64,000 nucleotides of DNA from a bacterium (GCA_030550175.1 JAUQPW010000001.1:10898-74897), one strand, 5' to 3'; shown: positions 29,322 through 40,402, counted from the stretch's first letter. Numbers and translations: made by a program. Notes: generated by a model from the letters alone, not told the origin.

Positions 29322-29951
29322 GTGAAGGTAGATTCACAAAAAGGAGAGGATGTGGGTATAGAAAAACTGAGGACAGAAATCAGGAGGGAGCAAATCGTTC
29401 AGGCGGCCCTGAACCTGATTGCCAGCCATGGCATGAGGAAGCTAAGCATAGCCGGAGTAGCTCGCCGGGTTGGTCTGGTTCCCTCTGCCATCTACCGCCA
29501 CTTTAAGAATAAGGACGAGGTGTTGGATGCAGCTCTGGAATTTATCCGAAATAGGCTCCTGGACAACGTCAAGGAAGTCTTTGAAGAGACAATAGACCCG
29601 CTGGAGCGTCTTAGGCGATTGTTGATGCGCCATGCCAAGCTGATTCGAGAAAACCAGGCCATCCCGCTGGTTATCTTTTCCGAAGAGGTTTACCACGGTT
29701 CCCCGGAGAGAAAAGCCAGAGTTCGTGGAATTATGCAGGGATATCTGGATAGGGTGAGTGACATTGTTCGCCAGGGTCAGCAGGAAGGGCGAATACGCTC
29801 TGAGATCGATCCGAAAACAATCTCTCTGATGTTTATAGGCCTGTTCCAACCGGCAGCGATCTTCTGGCATATGAGTGATGGGGAGTTCGACGTAACAAAG
29901 CATACTGAGAAAGCCTGGAAGGTTTTCAGTAAGGCGATTCAGGCAAACTAA
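29322..29951 (+). CDS. TetR-family transcriptional regulator (probable start GTG 29352, after an AAGGAGAGGA Shine-Dalgarno)
   Basis: N-terminal HTH REQIVQAALNLIASHGMRKLSIAGVARRVGLVPSAIYRHFKNKDEVL. All-helical C-terminal ligand domain. Lies upstream of the HlyD-ABC operon. Confidence 0.85.
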   Translation: MKVDSQKGEDVGIEKLRTEIRREQIVQAALNLIASHGMRKLSIAGVARRVGLVPSAIYRHFKNKDEVLDAALEFIRNRLLDNVKEVFEETIDPLERLRRLLMRHAKLIRENQAIPLVIFSEEVYHGSPERKARVRGIMQGYLDRVSDIVRQGQQEGRIRSEIDPKTISLMFIGLFQPAAIFWHMSDGEFDVTKHTEKAWKVFSKAIQAN

Positions 29952-29965
29952 TTTTTTGTCATTTC

Positions 29966-29983
29966 TGTGAATCTTTATTCACA
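29966..29983. promoter_or_regulatory. Candidate TetR operator: 7-4-7 palindrome TGTGAATctttATTCACA between tetR and the hlyD-ABC operon; half-sites recur in the tetR promoter region (29277-29287 tgaatctttat; 29330-29338 agattcaca)
   Basis: Perfect inverted repeat tgtgaat/attcaca. The motif gaatctttat appears both here and next to the TTGACA (29289-29294) upstream of tetR. Confidence 0.5.
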
Positions 29984-30087
29984 TAAAATGGGTAGGAAAG
30001 GTTAGGATCCCTTTTTAAGGAAACCCTTCAGGCAGAACAAATTTTTAGCTCTGGATACCCATCGGTATTTGCAGAGGAGGGACAGCC

Positions 30088-31263
30088 ATGAAGAATAAGA
30101 AAAAGCTGATCATCTTGTTCTCCATCCTGATAATCGCTGTCATGCTGATCTATGAATACATCCAGGGTAGATCCAGCAAGGAGCCGAACATCCTTCGCGT
30201 CTCCGGTAATATTGAAATTACAGACGCCGAAATAAGTTTCAAGATTGCAGGTCGGGTGGAAGAGCGTCTGGTTTCAGAGGGGGAGAGGGTCCAGGCGGGT
30301 CAGATCGTGGCCCGATTGGATCCTACGGAGCTGGTTCATCAGGTTGCTTTGCGTAAAGCAGAAGCTGAAGTAGCCCGCGCAGCCCTCGCCGAACTCGAAG
30401 CAGGACCTCGACCGGAAGAAATTGCTCAGGCCGAGGCTGCAGTCCGGAAGGCGCAGGCACAACTCGACGAACTGCTTGCCGGATCAAGGCCCCAGGATAT
30501 AGCCGTTGCAGAAGCGGTGGTACAACGGGCGAAGGTTGAGGTAAACCGTTTGAAAGCAGATTATGAACGGCGTTACAAACTTTACAAAGAGGGAGTCTTA
30601 TCCACCAACGAATATGAAGCGGCACAAACGGCTTATAAAGTGGCTACTGCCCAGCTAAAAGAAGCAGAAGAGCGTTTGAAACTCATCAAAGAGGGCCCCC
30701 GAAAAGAGCAGATTGAGCAAGCCCGCGCAGCGTTGATGCAGGCCAAAGAGACGCTTACTCTCATCAAAAAAGGCCCCCGTAAAGAGACCATCGACCAAGC
30801 CCGTGCCCGCCTGGATCAGGCTAACCAGGCCCTGGCAATGGCAGAAACCCAGTTAGGCTATGCAACCCTGGTCTCGCCCATCTCTGGGGTTGTTCTGTCG
30901 AAAAACGTCGAGCCGGGAGAATATGTTGCTCCCGGAACACCGGTTGTTACAGTCGGTAATCTGGATAATGTGTGGTTACGGGCCTATATCAACGAAACCG
31001 ACCTGGGTCGCGTGAAAGTAGGTCAACGGGTACGGGTGACCACAGATACCTATCCAGGGAAGGTGTATGAAGGACGCATTTCCTTCATTGCTTCGCAAGC
31101 AGAGTTTACACCCAAGAATGTGCAGACCGAGAAGGAGCGTGTGAAGCTTGTTTATCGCATTAAAATCGATATCCCCAATCCCAATATGGAGCTGAAGCCT
31201 GGAATGCCCGCCGATGCAGATATTCTGGTCTCCGGCACTGAAATGAAAGAGGCTTCAAGATGA
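30088..31263 (+). CDS. HlyD-family membrane fusion (periplasmic adaptor) protein of an ABC-2 exporter
   Basis: N-terminal TM anchor. A coiled-coil region has four internal repeats (GPRPEEIAQAEAAVRKAQAQL, SRPQDIAVAEAVVQRAKVEV, GPRKEQIEQARAALMQAKETL, GPRKETIDQARARLDQANQAL). C-terminal beta-barrel/lipoyl-like domains. Confidence 0.85.
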   Translation: MKNKKKLIILFSILIIAVMLIYEYIQGRSSKEPNILRVSGNIEITDAEISFKIAGRVEERLVSEGERVQAGQIVARLDPTELVHQVALRKAEAEVARAALAELEAGPRPEEIAQAEAAVRKAQAQLDELLAGSRPQDIAVAEAVVQRAKVEVNRLKADYERRYKLYKEGVLSTNEYEAAQTAYKVATAQLKEAEERLKLIKEGPRKEQIEQARAALMQAKETLTLIKKGPRKETIDQARARLDQANQALAMAETQLGYATLVSPISGVVLSKNVEPGEYVAPGTPVVTVGNLDNVWLRAYINETDLGRVKVGQRVRVTTDTYPGKVYEGRISFIASQAEFTPKNVQTEKERVKLVYRIKIDIPNPNMELKPGMPADADILVSGTEMKEASR

Positions 31264-31397
31264 ACAGGTTTGAACTACCTGATATTCAGAAGCTAAAGAA
31301 CAGATGATTGCATGGGTACGGCCTTTGGTTATTACTGTTCAGGTTTACGTAATCTGCTCCTCAGAATGTCTAAGTCGATGGGGATCGGAGGCATATC

Positions 31398-32324
31398 ATG
31401 GAAGCCATTAAAATCAGCCATCTTACAAAGACCTTTGGGGACTTACGAGCGGTTGACGACCTTACTCTTAGTGTATCTCAAGGAGAGATCTTCGGACTCG
31501 TGGGCCCGGACGGGGCCGGGAAGACCACAACCCTGCGGCTCCTCACGGCGATTCTGAATCCTACTTCAGGAGATGCCTGGATAATGAACAAACATATTGT
31601 TCGGGAAGCAGAAGCTCTTAAGGAAGAGATCGGTTACCTGAGCCAACGCTCTGGACTCTACCCGGACCTGACAGTAATGGAAAATATCCATTTCTACGCA
31701 GATATCTATGGCGTACCGCGCAGGAGCCGAGATCCAAAGATTGATGAATTACTCTCTTTCAGTAATTTGACCCCTTTCAAAAATCGCCTGGCAGGAAATT
31801 TATCAGGTGGGATGAAGCAAAAACTTGGCCTGGTTTGTGCGCTGATCCATACTCCAAAGGTACTCTTCCTGGATGAGCCGACCAACGGTGTGGATCCCAT
31901 TTCACGCAGGGACTTCTGGCGCATCCTGTATCAACTACTCCGTGAGAAAGTTACCATCTTTATTTCCACCGCTTATCTCGATGAAGCCGAGCGCTGCAAT
32001 CGGGTGGGTCTCATCCATAAAGGCAGACTTCTTGCCTATGGAACTCCCCTGGAGGTGAAGAAGTTGATGCAGGGAACCATCCTCGAGGTTTGCCCATCAG
32101 AGCCACGTAAAGCTACAACCCTCTTGCGCCAACGGTTTGGAGCCGGCCTGGTAAGCCTTTTCGGCGATCGTATTCACGTTGTAACCCAAGAACCAGACCG
32201 GACCATGGTTCAGGTGAAAGGAGTCCTCACCGGAGCCGGCCTTAAAGTCTTCGATATCCGGTCTATCGAACCGACGCTTGAGGATGTGTTTATCTCGGTC
32301 CTCGCTAGGGAAAAAGGACCATGA
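31398..32324 (+). CDS. ABC transporter ATP-binding protein (ABC-2 subfamily)
   Basis: Walker A GPDGAGKTT, signature LSGGMKQKL, Walker B LFLDEPT. Confidence 0.9.
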   Translation: MEAIKISHLTKTFGDLRAVDDLTLSVSQGEIFGLVGPDGAGKTTTLRLLTAILNPTSGDAWIMNKHIVREAEALKEEIGYLSQRSGLYPDLTVMENIHFYADIYGVPRRSRDPKIDELLSFSNLTPFKNRLAGNLSGGMKQKLGLVCALIHTPKVLFLDEPTNGVDPISRRDFWRILYQLLREKVTIFISTAYLDEAERCNRVGLIHKGRLLAYGTPLEVKKLMQGTILEVCPSEPRKATTLLRQRFGAGLVSLFGDRIHVVTQEPDRTMVQVKGVLTGAGLKVFDIRSIEPTLEDVFISVLAREKGP

Positions 32325-34483
32325 ACACCAGTAAAAATGAAAAGGCTGTGATCGTAAAGGACCTGGAAAAGCGGTTTGGTAGCTTCATTGCCGTGAATCG
32401 CATCAGTTTCGAGGTTGCTAAAGGAGAGATTTTCGGTTTCCTGGGTCCCAACGGTTCGGGCAAATCCACAACAATTCGTATGCTGTGTGGTATTCTGGCT
32501 CCTACTGCTGGGACAGGAACGGTTGCCGGATTTGATCTTCGTACCGAAGCGGAGAAGATCAAGGCCCATATTGGTTACATGAGCCAGAAGTTCTCGCTCT
32601 ATGAGGATCTCACCGTCGAGGAGAATATAACCTTTTACAGCGGCATCTACCGCATCCCTCCGGAAAAAAAGAAGGAGCGTAAGGAATGGGTCATGGAGAT
32701 GGCCGGTCTCAAGGAGCATCGACATTCTCAAACAGCCATTCTGTCAGGTGGCTGGAAGCAGCGATTGGCCCTGGGGTGTGCCATTCTCCACGAGCCGCCG
32801 ATTCTCTTCCTGGACGAACCGACGTCGGGTGTGGACCCTATCAGTCGTCGCCAGTTCTGGGATCTGATCTATGAGCTTTCCGGCAAAGGAGTGACGGTCT
32901 TCGTCACCACCCACTACCTGGATGAGGCTGAATATTGCGACCGTATCGGCTTTATCCACCAAGGTAAGTTGATCGCCGTAGGATCCCCTCAGGTGCTCAA
33001 GGCCGAATTCATACAAGAAGATATCCTAGAAGTCTTGTGTGAACGGCCTCAGGACGTAATAGATGAGATCGAGAAGGTGGCAGGTGTCAAGGAAGTCACT
33101 CTGTTCGGTCAGGGATTGCATATCACGACCGGGGAGAGCCATAAGGTTTCAGCAACTGTTCAGAACCTCCTCAACGTGCGAGGTTATCCGGCCGACCATA
33201 TCAAGAAAATAACCCCTTCCCTGGAGGATGTATTTGTTTCACTCCTTTCGACCCGGGATCGAGACCTCACTCCTTTTCCCCATCCTCACCCTTTCATACC
33301 TCCTCTCTCCCAAATTGGAAAAGGGGGAAGGGAGGTGAGAGAAGGTTCGACAAAGTTATTGCGAATTTGGGCAATTGCCCGTAAGGAGTTTACTCATATC
33401 ATCCGCGATCCCCGAAGCCTCGGAATGGCCGTTGCCATTCCGATACTCATGTTGGTACTCTTTGGTTACGCACTGACGTTAGACGTGGATAATGTGCCGA
33501 TGGTTATCTGGGATCAGAACAACTCCCGGATAAGTCAGGAGTTTATCAGTCACTTCGACGGTTCTCGCTATTTCTCAATTCGGGGGTATGCCCGTAACTA
33601 TCAGGAAGTTGAGCGGGCCATTGATTCCGGACAGGCCCTTCTAGCCCTCGTTATTCCGACAGATTTCGCCCAGCGTATCGAGTCCGGGCGGTCGGTTTCG
33701 GTTCAATTGATTGTGGACGGGAGTGATTCCAACACAGCGATTATCGCCATAGGCTATGTCGAGGCGGTAACTTTGACCTATTCCCGAAGTATGGCCATTG
33801 AGGAGATCCAGAGAGTCGGCGGGCGTACACCTTATCTACCGCTGGAGTTGCGACCCCGGGTTTGGTTTAATACTGACATGGAATCCAAAAATTACATCAT
33901 CCCCGGCCTCATCGCCGTGATTACCATGGTGATCGCAGCACTTTTGACTTCTCTAACCGTGGCCCGCGAATGGGAACGCGGCACCATGGAGCAGTTAATT
34001 TCTACACCCGTCAAGGGCCAGGAACTGATCCTTGGGAAGCTTCTACCTTACCTTGCCATCGGTATGTTTAACGTGCTGCTGGCCGTGCTTATGGGCCAGT
34101 TCGTATTTCAGGTTCCCCTACATGGTAATGTGGCTTTACTCTTTGGGGTAGCTTTCATATTTGTAACAGGGGCTTTATCTCTGGGCATGCTGATTAGTAT
34201 CGTGACCAAGAACCAGCTTTTGGCTAACCAATTGGCTATGGTACTGACCTTTCTGCCCTCGTTTCTGCTATCCGGATTTGTGTACGCCATTAGCAATATG
34301 CCCCTGGTACTTCAACTGATCACGTACCTGATCCCTGCCAGGTATTTCATGACCCTCCTCAAGGGTATCTACCTGAAAGGTATAGGGTTAGAGATCCTTG
34401 CCATGGAGACAGGCCTCCTGACCCTCTTCAGTGCGGCCATGGTAACTCTGGCCAATCTAAAGTTCAAGAAGAAGCTGGAGTAG
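32321..34483 (+). CDS. Fused ABC ATP-binding domain + ABC-2 permease; linker contains a repeat-derived hairpin
   Basis: N-terminus has GPNGSGKST, LSGGWKQRL and LFLDEPTSGVDP. C-terminal 6-TM ABC-2 permease. The linker ...TRDRDLTPFPHPHPFIPPLSQIGKGGREVREGSTK is encoded by a CT-rich/GA-rich hairpin (33268-33345). Confidence 0.85.
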   Translation: MNTSKNEKAVIVKDLEKRFGSFIAVNRISFEVAKGEIFGFLGPNGSGKSTTIRMLCGILAPTAGTGTVAGFDLRTEAEKIKAHIGYMSQKFSLYEDLTVEENITFYSGIYRIPPEKKKERKEWVMEMAGLKEHRHSQTAILSGGWKQRLALGCAILHEPPILFLDEPTSGVDPISRRQFWDLIYELSGKGVTVFVTTHYLDEAEYCDRIGFIHQGKLIAVGSPQVLKAEFIQEDILEVLCERPQDVIDEIEKVAGVKEVTLFGQGLHITTGESHKVSATVQNLLNVRGYPADHIKKITPSLEDVFVSLLSTRDRDLTPFPHPHPFIPPLSQIGKGGREVREGSTKLLRIWAIARKEFTHIIRDPRSLGMAVAIPILMLVLFGYALTLDVDNVPMVIWDQNNSRISQEFISHFDGSRYFSIRGYARNYQEVERAIDSGQALLALVIPTDFAQRIESGRSVSVQLIVDGSDSNTAIIAIGYVEAVTLTYSRSMAIEEIQRVGGRTPYLPLELRPRVWFNTDMESKNYIIPGLIAVITMVIAALLTSLTVAREWERGTMEQLISTPVKGQELILGKLLPYLAIGMFNVLLAVLMGQFVFQVPLHGNVALLFGVAFIFVTGALSLGMLISIVTKNQLLANQLAMVLTFLPSFLLSGFVYAISNMPLVLQLITYLIPARYFMTLLKGIYLKGIGLEILAMETGLLTLFSAAMVTLANLKFKKKLE

Positions 34484-34485
34484 AT

Positions 34486-35616
34486 ATGTTTGAACGTATG
34501 AAATATATGCTTTTCAAGGAGTTCATCCAGATCTTTCGAGATCCGCGGATGAAGTTTGTTATATTCGTGTCGCCTGTGGTTCAGGTCCTCGTGTTTGGAT
34601 ATGCTGCAACAAACGATGTACGACAAGTTCCCATTGCGGTTTACGATCTTGACAATAGCGTAACCAGTCGAGAACTCGTGGTCCGTTTTGTGAGATCGGG
34701 TTATTTTAATATTGTGACGTTCGTCCAGGACGAGCGTCATGCCATTGAGTTGATAGACCGTGATAAGGTCCGGGCTGTGCTTCGTATGAACAAAGGTTTC
34801 GAGAGTGATGTGGGAGCCGGAAGGACGGCCCAACTTCAAGTGATCGTAGATGGGACGGATTCCAATATGGCAGGAATCGTGCTCAATTACAGTACCAGGA
34901 TTGCCGAGGAGTTCTCACGGGAGATTTTAACCACGAGGCTCATGCGGCTTCAGGGCCTGGTCCGAATTCCCGGGCAAATAGAGGTGCAAACCCGGGCCTG
35001 GTTCAATGAAAACCTTGAGAGTCGTAATTTTTACGTGCCTGCTATCATCGCCAACCTCGTCTTACTCACGACCATGTTGTTGACAAGTATGGCTGTTGTG
35101 CGGGAGAAGGAGATCGGTACCCTGGAGCAGATTCTTGTCACTCCCATCACACCGGTGGAGTTCATTCTGGGTAAAACCATTCCTTTCATCCTCATTGGTT
35201 TCGCCAATGTAAGTTTAATTACAGGGGTGGGGGTGTTCTGGTTTAAGGTACCTATCCGGGGAAGTTTGATATTGCTTTTCCTTGCCACAGTCCTTTACTT
35301 GATGACGACGTTAGGGGTGGGACTTTTGATTTCGACCATCAGTCAGACTCAGCAACAGGCTATGATGAGTTCTTTTTTCTTTACTTTTCCGGCGATGCTC
35401 TTGTCAGGATTCACGTTTCCAATTACCAGTATGCCTCAAGTCATTCAGTGGTTAACTTATCTAAACCCTCTGAGGTATTTCCTGGTCATTATTCGGGGTA
35501 TCTTCCTTAAAGGGGTAGGAGTGAGCATTCTTTGGCCTCAAATGGTCGCATTGGCCCTAATAGGCCTTACCGTACTAGGATTGGCATCGCGAAGATTCCA
35601 GAAAACCCTTACCTGA
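34486..35616 (+). CDS. ABC-2 type transporter permease
   Basis: 376 aa, 6 TMs, paralogous to the C-terminal half of the upstream fusion protein (KEFIQIFRDPR... similar starts). Confidence 0.85.
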   Translation: MFERMKYMLFKEFIQIFRDPRMKFVIFVSPVVQVLVFGYAATNDVRQVPIAVYDLDNSVTSRELVVRFVRSGYFNIVTFVQDERHAIELIDRDKVRAVLRMNKGFESDVGAGRTAQLQVIVDGTDSNMAGIVLNYSTRIAEEFSREILTTRLMRLQGLVRIPGQIEVQTRAWFNENLESRNFYVPAIIANLVLLTTMLLTSMAVVREKEIGTLEQILVTPITPVEFILGKTIPFILIGFANVSLITGVGVFWFKVPIRGSLILLFLATVLYLMTTLGVGLLISTISQTQQQAMMSSFFFTFPAMLLSGFTFPITSMPQVIQWLTYLNPLRYFLVIIRGIFLKGVGVSILWPQMVALALIGLTVLGLASRRFQKTLT

Positions 35617-35689
35617 TGGCTAAAGAAATTGCTAAAGAGGGTTAATAATACCAAGTCGGTATTGAAATGTGGTGGGTAAAGTAGGGACA

Positions 35690-35900
35690 GCCCCGCCCAG
35701 CCCTCCCCGCATGCGGGGAGGAAAGGAGGTTAGGTTAGAAAAAACCTACCTCAGAAAAGGGGAAGGGGCTACCTGCTTGAGAGCGACTGACAGGGGTAGC
35801 TCCAGATGGTTGTCCTGTTGGAAGGGTAGATAGTTGCCGCCCGGCCCTTTAGGCAACATTTTTATTGTGAAGGGGAGGAAATAGTAACGAAATAATCCCC
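35690..35900. repeat. GC-rich hairpin repeat cluster (family B copy ccctccccgcatgcggggagg 35701-35721, plus further hairpins)
   Basis: Near-identical to 15551-15572. Additional hairpins include aggttagaaaaaacctacct and ggctacc...ggtagc. Confidence 0.55.
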
Positions 35901-35961
35901 TTAAAGAGGAAGGGAGAAGAATGGAAAAGTCCATTCTTCTTTCCTGCTACAGAGTAAACCT

Positions 35962-38754
35962 ATGAAAAATCCTGTTACGCCAACTACGGATCCCGTCCAT
36001 GATGTTCTGCGTTATGAACGTCAACCTCTGGATGCGATCTTCGCACCGCGGAATGTTGCTGTAATCGGTGCGACCGAAAAGACTGGCAGTGTCGGACGTA
36101 CCGTTTTGTGGAACCTCATCCATAATCCCTTTGGTGGAGCCGTTTTTCCTGTCAATCCGAACCGACATAGTGTATTGGGGATCAAAGCCTATCCCCATAT
36201 TGGAGCGGTACCCGATCCGGTGGACCTTGCTGTTATTATCACACCGGCACCTACGGTCCCTGGGATCATAGGAGAGTGTGTCGATGCCGGTGTAAAAGGA
36301 GCGATTATCATCTCCGCCGGTTTCAAGGAGTGTGGGCCGGAAGGGGCTGAGTTAGAGCAACAAATCCTTGAGCAGGCACGTCGCGGGAAGATACGCATTA
36401 TCGGACCCAATTGCCTGGGTGTGATGAACCCGCTTACCGGTCTTAACGCCACCTTCGCCAGGACTATGGCACGACCCGGGAATGTCGGCTTTATCAGCCA
36501 GAGTGGTGCGCTGTGTACAGCTATCCTGGATTGGAGTTTACAAGAGAATGTAGGATTCAGTGCCTTCATCTCCATTGGCTCTATGCTTGACGTCAGTTGG
36601 GGGGATCTCATTTATTACCTAGGTGACAATCCCCACACCCACAGTATCGTCATTTATATGGAATCTATAGGGGATGCCCGGTCGTTCCTCTCTGCTGCTC
36701 GGGAAGTAGCCCTCACTAAACCCATCATTGTCATCAAGGCCGGTCGTACAGAGGCTGCTGCGAAGGCTGCAGCTTCCCATACTGGGGCTCTCACCGGTAG
36801 CTATGAAGTCCTGGAGGCAGCTTTTCGTCGTTGCGGTGTGCTTCACGTCAATAATATTGCCTATCTTTTCTATATGGCCGAAGTACTCGCCAAGCAACCA
36901 CGTCCACAAGGTCCACGGTTAACGATTCTCACCAACGCCGGTGGTCCCGGCGTGCTTGCCACCGATGCCCTGATCGCAGAGGGGGGAGAACTGGCGGAAT
37001 TATCCCCGGAAACCCTGGAATCCCTTAACCGGCTTCTCCCGGTTTACTGGAGCCATAACAACCCTATCGATATTTTAGGAGATGCCGACCCTCAGCGATA
37101 TGCAAAAGCCCTGGAGATTGCCGCGAAGGATCCGAATAGTGATGGTCTATTGGTCATTTTGACTCCCCAGGCGATGACCGATCCGACCCAAACGGCAGAG
37201 CAGTTGAAAGCTTACGCCCGGAATAGCCACAAACCTATCCTCGCCAGCTGGATGGGTGGGGCCGATGTTGCAGCGGGAACAGCGATTCTTAACCAGGCTG
37301 GTATTCCTACTTTTCCTTACCCGGACACAGCTGCCCGGGTGTTCAATTACATGTGGCGGTATAGCTATAACCTGCGGGGTCTATACGAAACTCCGGTCCT
37401 CCCGGCAGGGGTAGGGGGATATGAGAGTATCAACACCTCTACTCCCACACCCCCACACTCCCATACTCCTGTATCCCCATTCCAGCGGGCCGAGGAGATT
37501 ATTCAAACTGCCCGCAAGGCCGGTCGAACCCTTCTCACCGAGCCCGAATCCAAGCAGCTCCTCGCCGCCTATGGCATCCCAACGGTGGAAACCCGGGTTG
37601 CTACCCATGAAACCGAGGCGGTCAGACTTGCAGAGGAAATCGGCTACCCAGTTGTCCTCAAGCTCTTTTCTGAAACCATTACCCACAAGACCGACGTGGG
37701 CGGTGTTCAGTTGAATCTGATCAACGCCGAGGCTGTCATACAGGCTTATCGTGCCATCGAATCTTCCGTGCGTGAAAAGCAAGGGGCCAAACATTTCTTA
37801 GGTGTGACCGTCCAGCCCATGATCAAATGGGAAGGTTATGAAATCATCCTCGGCAGTAGTGTTGATCCTCAGTTCGGTCCGGTATTGCTTTTCGGCTCCG
37901 GAGGTCAATGGGTGGAAGTATTTAAAGACCGCGCCCTGGCACTCCCACCCCTTAATACCGTCCTGGCACGGCGAATGATGGAGCAGACCCGTATCTATAC
38001 CGCCCTCAAAGGTATCCGAGGACGTAAATCAGTGGATCTGGCTGCCCTTGAACAACTCCTGGTCCAATTCAGCCAACTGGTCGTCGAACAACTTTGGATC
38101 AAGGAAATTGATGTTAACCCCTTACTGGTCTCTCCTGAACGATTAATTGCGCTGGATGCGCGGGTGATTTTGCACGAACCCCATATCCCGGAAGATAAAC
38201 TACCCAGGCCGGCCATCCGCCCGTACCCAACCCAATATGTATCACCCTGGACCTTGAAGGATGGTACTCCCATCATTATCCGCCCGATCCGCCCTGAAGA
38301 CGAGCCCCTGATGATCAACTTCCACAAAACCCTCTCCGAACGCAGCGTATATTTCCGCTACTTTTATCCCATGCAGTTGAGTCAGCGTATTGCCCATGAA
38401 CGGTTGACACATATGTGCTTCATCGACTACGACCGCGAAATGGCCCTCGTCGCAGACTATACGGATCCTAACACCGGTACCCACGAGATTATAGCCGTTG
38501 GCCGTTTAAGAAAATTGCACGGTACCCCGGAAGCCGAGTTTGCCCTCCTCGTCAGCGATCGATATCAACATCAGGGATTGGGTACCGAGTTGTTACGCAG
38601 ACTCCTGCAGGTCGGTCGTGACGAAAAACTTCAGCGTATCGTCGCCGATATTCTTCCCGAGAATCGAGATATGCAACGGGTCTGTGAGAAACTAGGTTTC
38701 CGCCTCCGCTGGGTAGCCACTGAAGGGGTAATAAAGGCAGAAATCGATCTCTGA
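35962..38754 (+). CDS. pat: Pat-like protein lysine acetyltransferase: ADP-forming acyl-CoA synthetase (alpha+beta) fused to a C-terminal GNAT domain
   Basis: N-terminal CoA-binding/succinyl-CoA-synthetase-like domains ([17 protein letters not shown]-grasp). C-terminal GNAT ([14 protein letters not shown]...[17 protein letters not shown]). A linker [14 protein letters not shown] is encoded by the cacactcccatac repeat. Confidence 0.8.
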   Translation: MKNPVTPTTDPVHDVLRYERQPLDAIFAPRNVAVIGATEKTGSVGRTVLWNLIHNPFGGAVFPVNPNRHSVLGIKAYPHIGAVPDPVDLAVIITPAPTVPGIIGECVDAGVKGAIIISAGFKECGPEGAELEQQILEQARRGKIRIIGPNCLGVMNPLTGLNATFARTMARPGNVGFISQSGALCTAILDWSLQENVGFSAFISIGSMLDVSWGDLIYYLGDNPHTHSIVIYMESIGDARSFLSAAREVALTKPIIVIKAGRTEAAAKAAASHTGALTGSYEVLEAAFRRCGVLHVNNIAYLFYMAEVLAKQPRPQGPRLTILTNAGGPGVLATDALIAEGGELAELSPETLESLNRLLPVYWSHNNPIDILGDADPQRYAKALEIAAKDPNSDGLLVILTPQAMTDPTQTAEQLKAYARNSHKPILASWMGGADVAAGTAILNQAGIPTFPYPDTAARVFNYMWRYSYNLRGLYETPVLPAGVGGYESINTSTPTPPHSHTPVSPFQRAEEIIQTARKAGRTLLTEPESKQLLAAYGIPTVETRVATHETEAVRLAEEIGYPVVLKLFSETITHKTDVGGVQLNLINAEAVIQAYRAIESSVREKQGAKHFLGVTVQPMIKWEGYEIILGSSVDPQFGPVLLFGSGGQWVEVFKDRALALPPLNTVLARRMMEQTRIYTALKGIRGRKSVDLAALEQLLVQFSQLVVEQLWIKEIDVNPLLVSPERLIALDARVILHEPHIPEDKLPRPAIRPYPTQYVSPWTLKDGTPIIIRPIRPEDEPLMINFHKTLSERSVYFRYFYPMQLSQRIAHERLTHMCFIDYDREMALVADYTDPNTGTHEIIAVGRLRKLHGTPEAEFALLVSDRYQHQGLGTELLRRLLQVGRDEKLQRIVADILPENRDMQRVCEKLGFRLRWVATEGVIKAEIDL

Positions 38755-38880
38755 AACAGAAGGTAATTGATAGTATAAGATAAAAAAATCTTGACTACCA
38801 ACATCATAACTTGAGTATACTTTGATAAAGCTAAAGAAGAGAGTAAATTCTTTATTTAACCTTCAACCAGGAAATCAAAA

Positions 38881-39511
38881 ATGGCTATTTTAAGCTTTGC
38901 CTGGACCAAAGATGAATTTCTCAGTGGCAAAAAGACGGTTAGCCGACGGTGTTGGAAAGAACGTCAGTTAAAAATGTGGCAAAGGCTATGGGATAGTGGG
39001 CGGCTTGTACATGAAACATGGGATAAAGCTCCCTTTGCAGGCGGTAAGTGGACCCATCCGAAGACCCGCCGAATGGGCAATTCTCAAAATAGAACCGTTT
39101 ACCGACGTCCAGTTATGGTTTGAAGCTCGCTGCGATGCTCTCTTAGAACAAAAGGGCCGAGATATTATTCTTATCTTTGGCTATCAGTCCCCAACTTTCT
39201 ATTATGCCCATTTATCCAATCAAACCGACCGGGTTCATAATGGGATTTTCCTTGTCAACGATGCAGATCGGCAACGAATTGATAATGGAAAGGGAATCGC
39301 CCGGCTGATAGATAATAACTGGTACGCCATCCATCTCATACGAAATGTCCAGACAGGTGCTATTCAGGTTTATGTCTCCGATATGCAAACACCGGCACTT
39401 TCTGCTAACGACACCACCTTACAGTGGGGTCGTGTGGGTGTTGGATCCTTTGACGATACAGGAGCATTTAAAAACATTCGCGTGGCCGGTAAGTTAATGT
39501 CTTCAGAATAA
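38881..39511 (+). pseudogene. DUF1080 (LamG-like, 3-keto-disaccharide-hydrolase fold) gene split by a frameshift near 39050
   Basis: Two overlapping ORFs in frames 1 and 2. The frame-2 part carries the DUF1080 pattern (FTDVQLWFEAR..., DNNWYAIHL..., C-terminal GRVGVGSFDDTGAFKNIRV). Confidence 0.4.
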
Positions 39512-39768
39512 AGACAGGAAGTGAGAGGAGCCCTCTCTTACCTTCCCTGTGGGTGGGGAGGGTGGAGAGGTGCATCTATTGAACCAATACAGACTCAAAT
39601 TCCAATAATAGGGTTGACACTTTAGATCCCCGGATATAAAGTCAAATCATATTTTAAAAATCCCAAGGTAAGACCTGTTTGGGAAAAATCGGAATTCTGA
39701 GCAGGTTTATACCGATAATTACGTTCAGGTAATTAAATCCTCACAATCTGGAAAGGAGTGAAGAAACC

Positions 39769-40149
39769 ATGGGACAGAGCCAGATACGGGAGTATACAGT
39801 ACAGGCTCGCTCCACCGATACATTCGGAAGAGTGTTATGCAGTTGTCGTCAACACCATTTTATAGTTGATGGACCCATTCAAAATGGCTGCCCCGGTGAG
39901 GCCATAACCCCTGCCGAGCTGTTTTTGTCCGGAGTTGCTTCGTGCGGGGTTGAGTTGCTCCAGGTGGTGGCCAAAGAGCAAAATGTACCCCTGGAAGGCG
40001 TTAAGGTCAATATTTGGGGAATCATCGATCGGGACCATCCCGTTCGTTCCGATGTTACTTTGTTCAATAAGGTCCGATTAAGTTTTCAACTTAAAGGGGT
40101 CAACGAAGGAGAGGGAGTCAAACTCATTGAGACCTTCAAGGGCAGATGA
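39769..40149 (+). CDS. OsmC/Ohr-family peroxiredoxin-like protein
   Basis: 126 aa. HHFIVDGP...GCPGEAITPAELFLSGVASC, with the two conserved Cys of OsmC. Confidence 0.7.
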   Translation: MGQSQIREYTVQARSTDTFGRVLCSCRQHHFIVDGPIQNGCPGEAITPAELFLSGVASCGVELLQVVAKEQNVPLEGVKVNIWGIIDRDHPVRSDVTLFNKVRLSFQLKGVNEGEGVKLIETFKGR

Positions 40150-40402
40150 CCGCTCTATGGAACGGTCGCAGTTGCGACCCCCGAGGTCCAGGTAGAGTTC
40201 CATATAGAGCATTAACGAATAAATACCTGGATGTAAAGCCCGATAACTCGATTATCCGATAAAGCTGACCGGTTTTCGATTCTATACGAGTTAGTGGGCA
40301 CTCCAATGGATCTGATAAACAGATTAATGACTATAGAATTCAAAACTATTACCTGTTGCCATAGAAGGTAAGTGCTGTTCCTTCTATAAGGAGGTAAACA
40401 CC

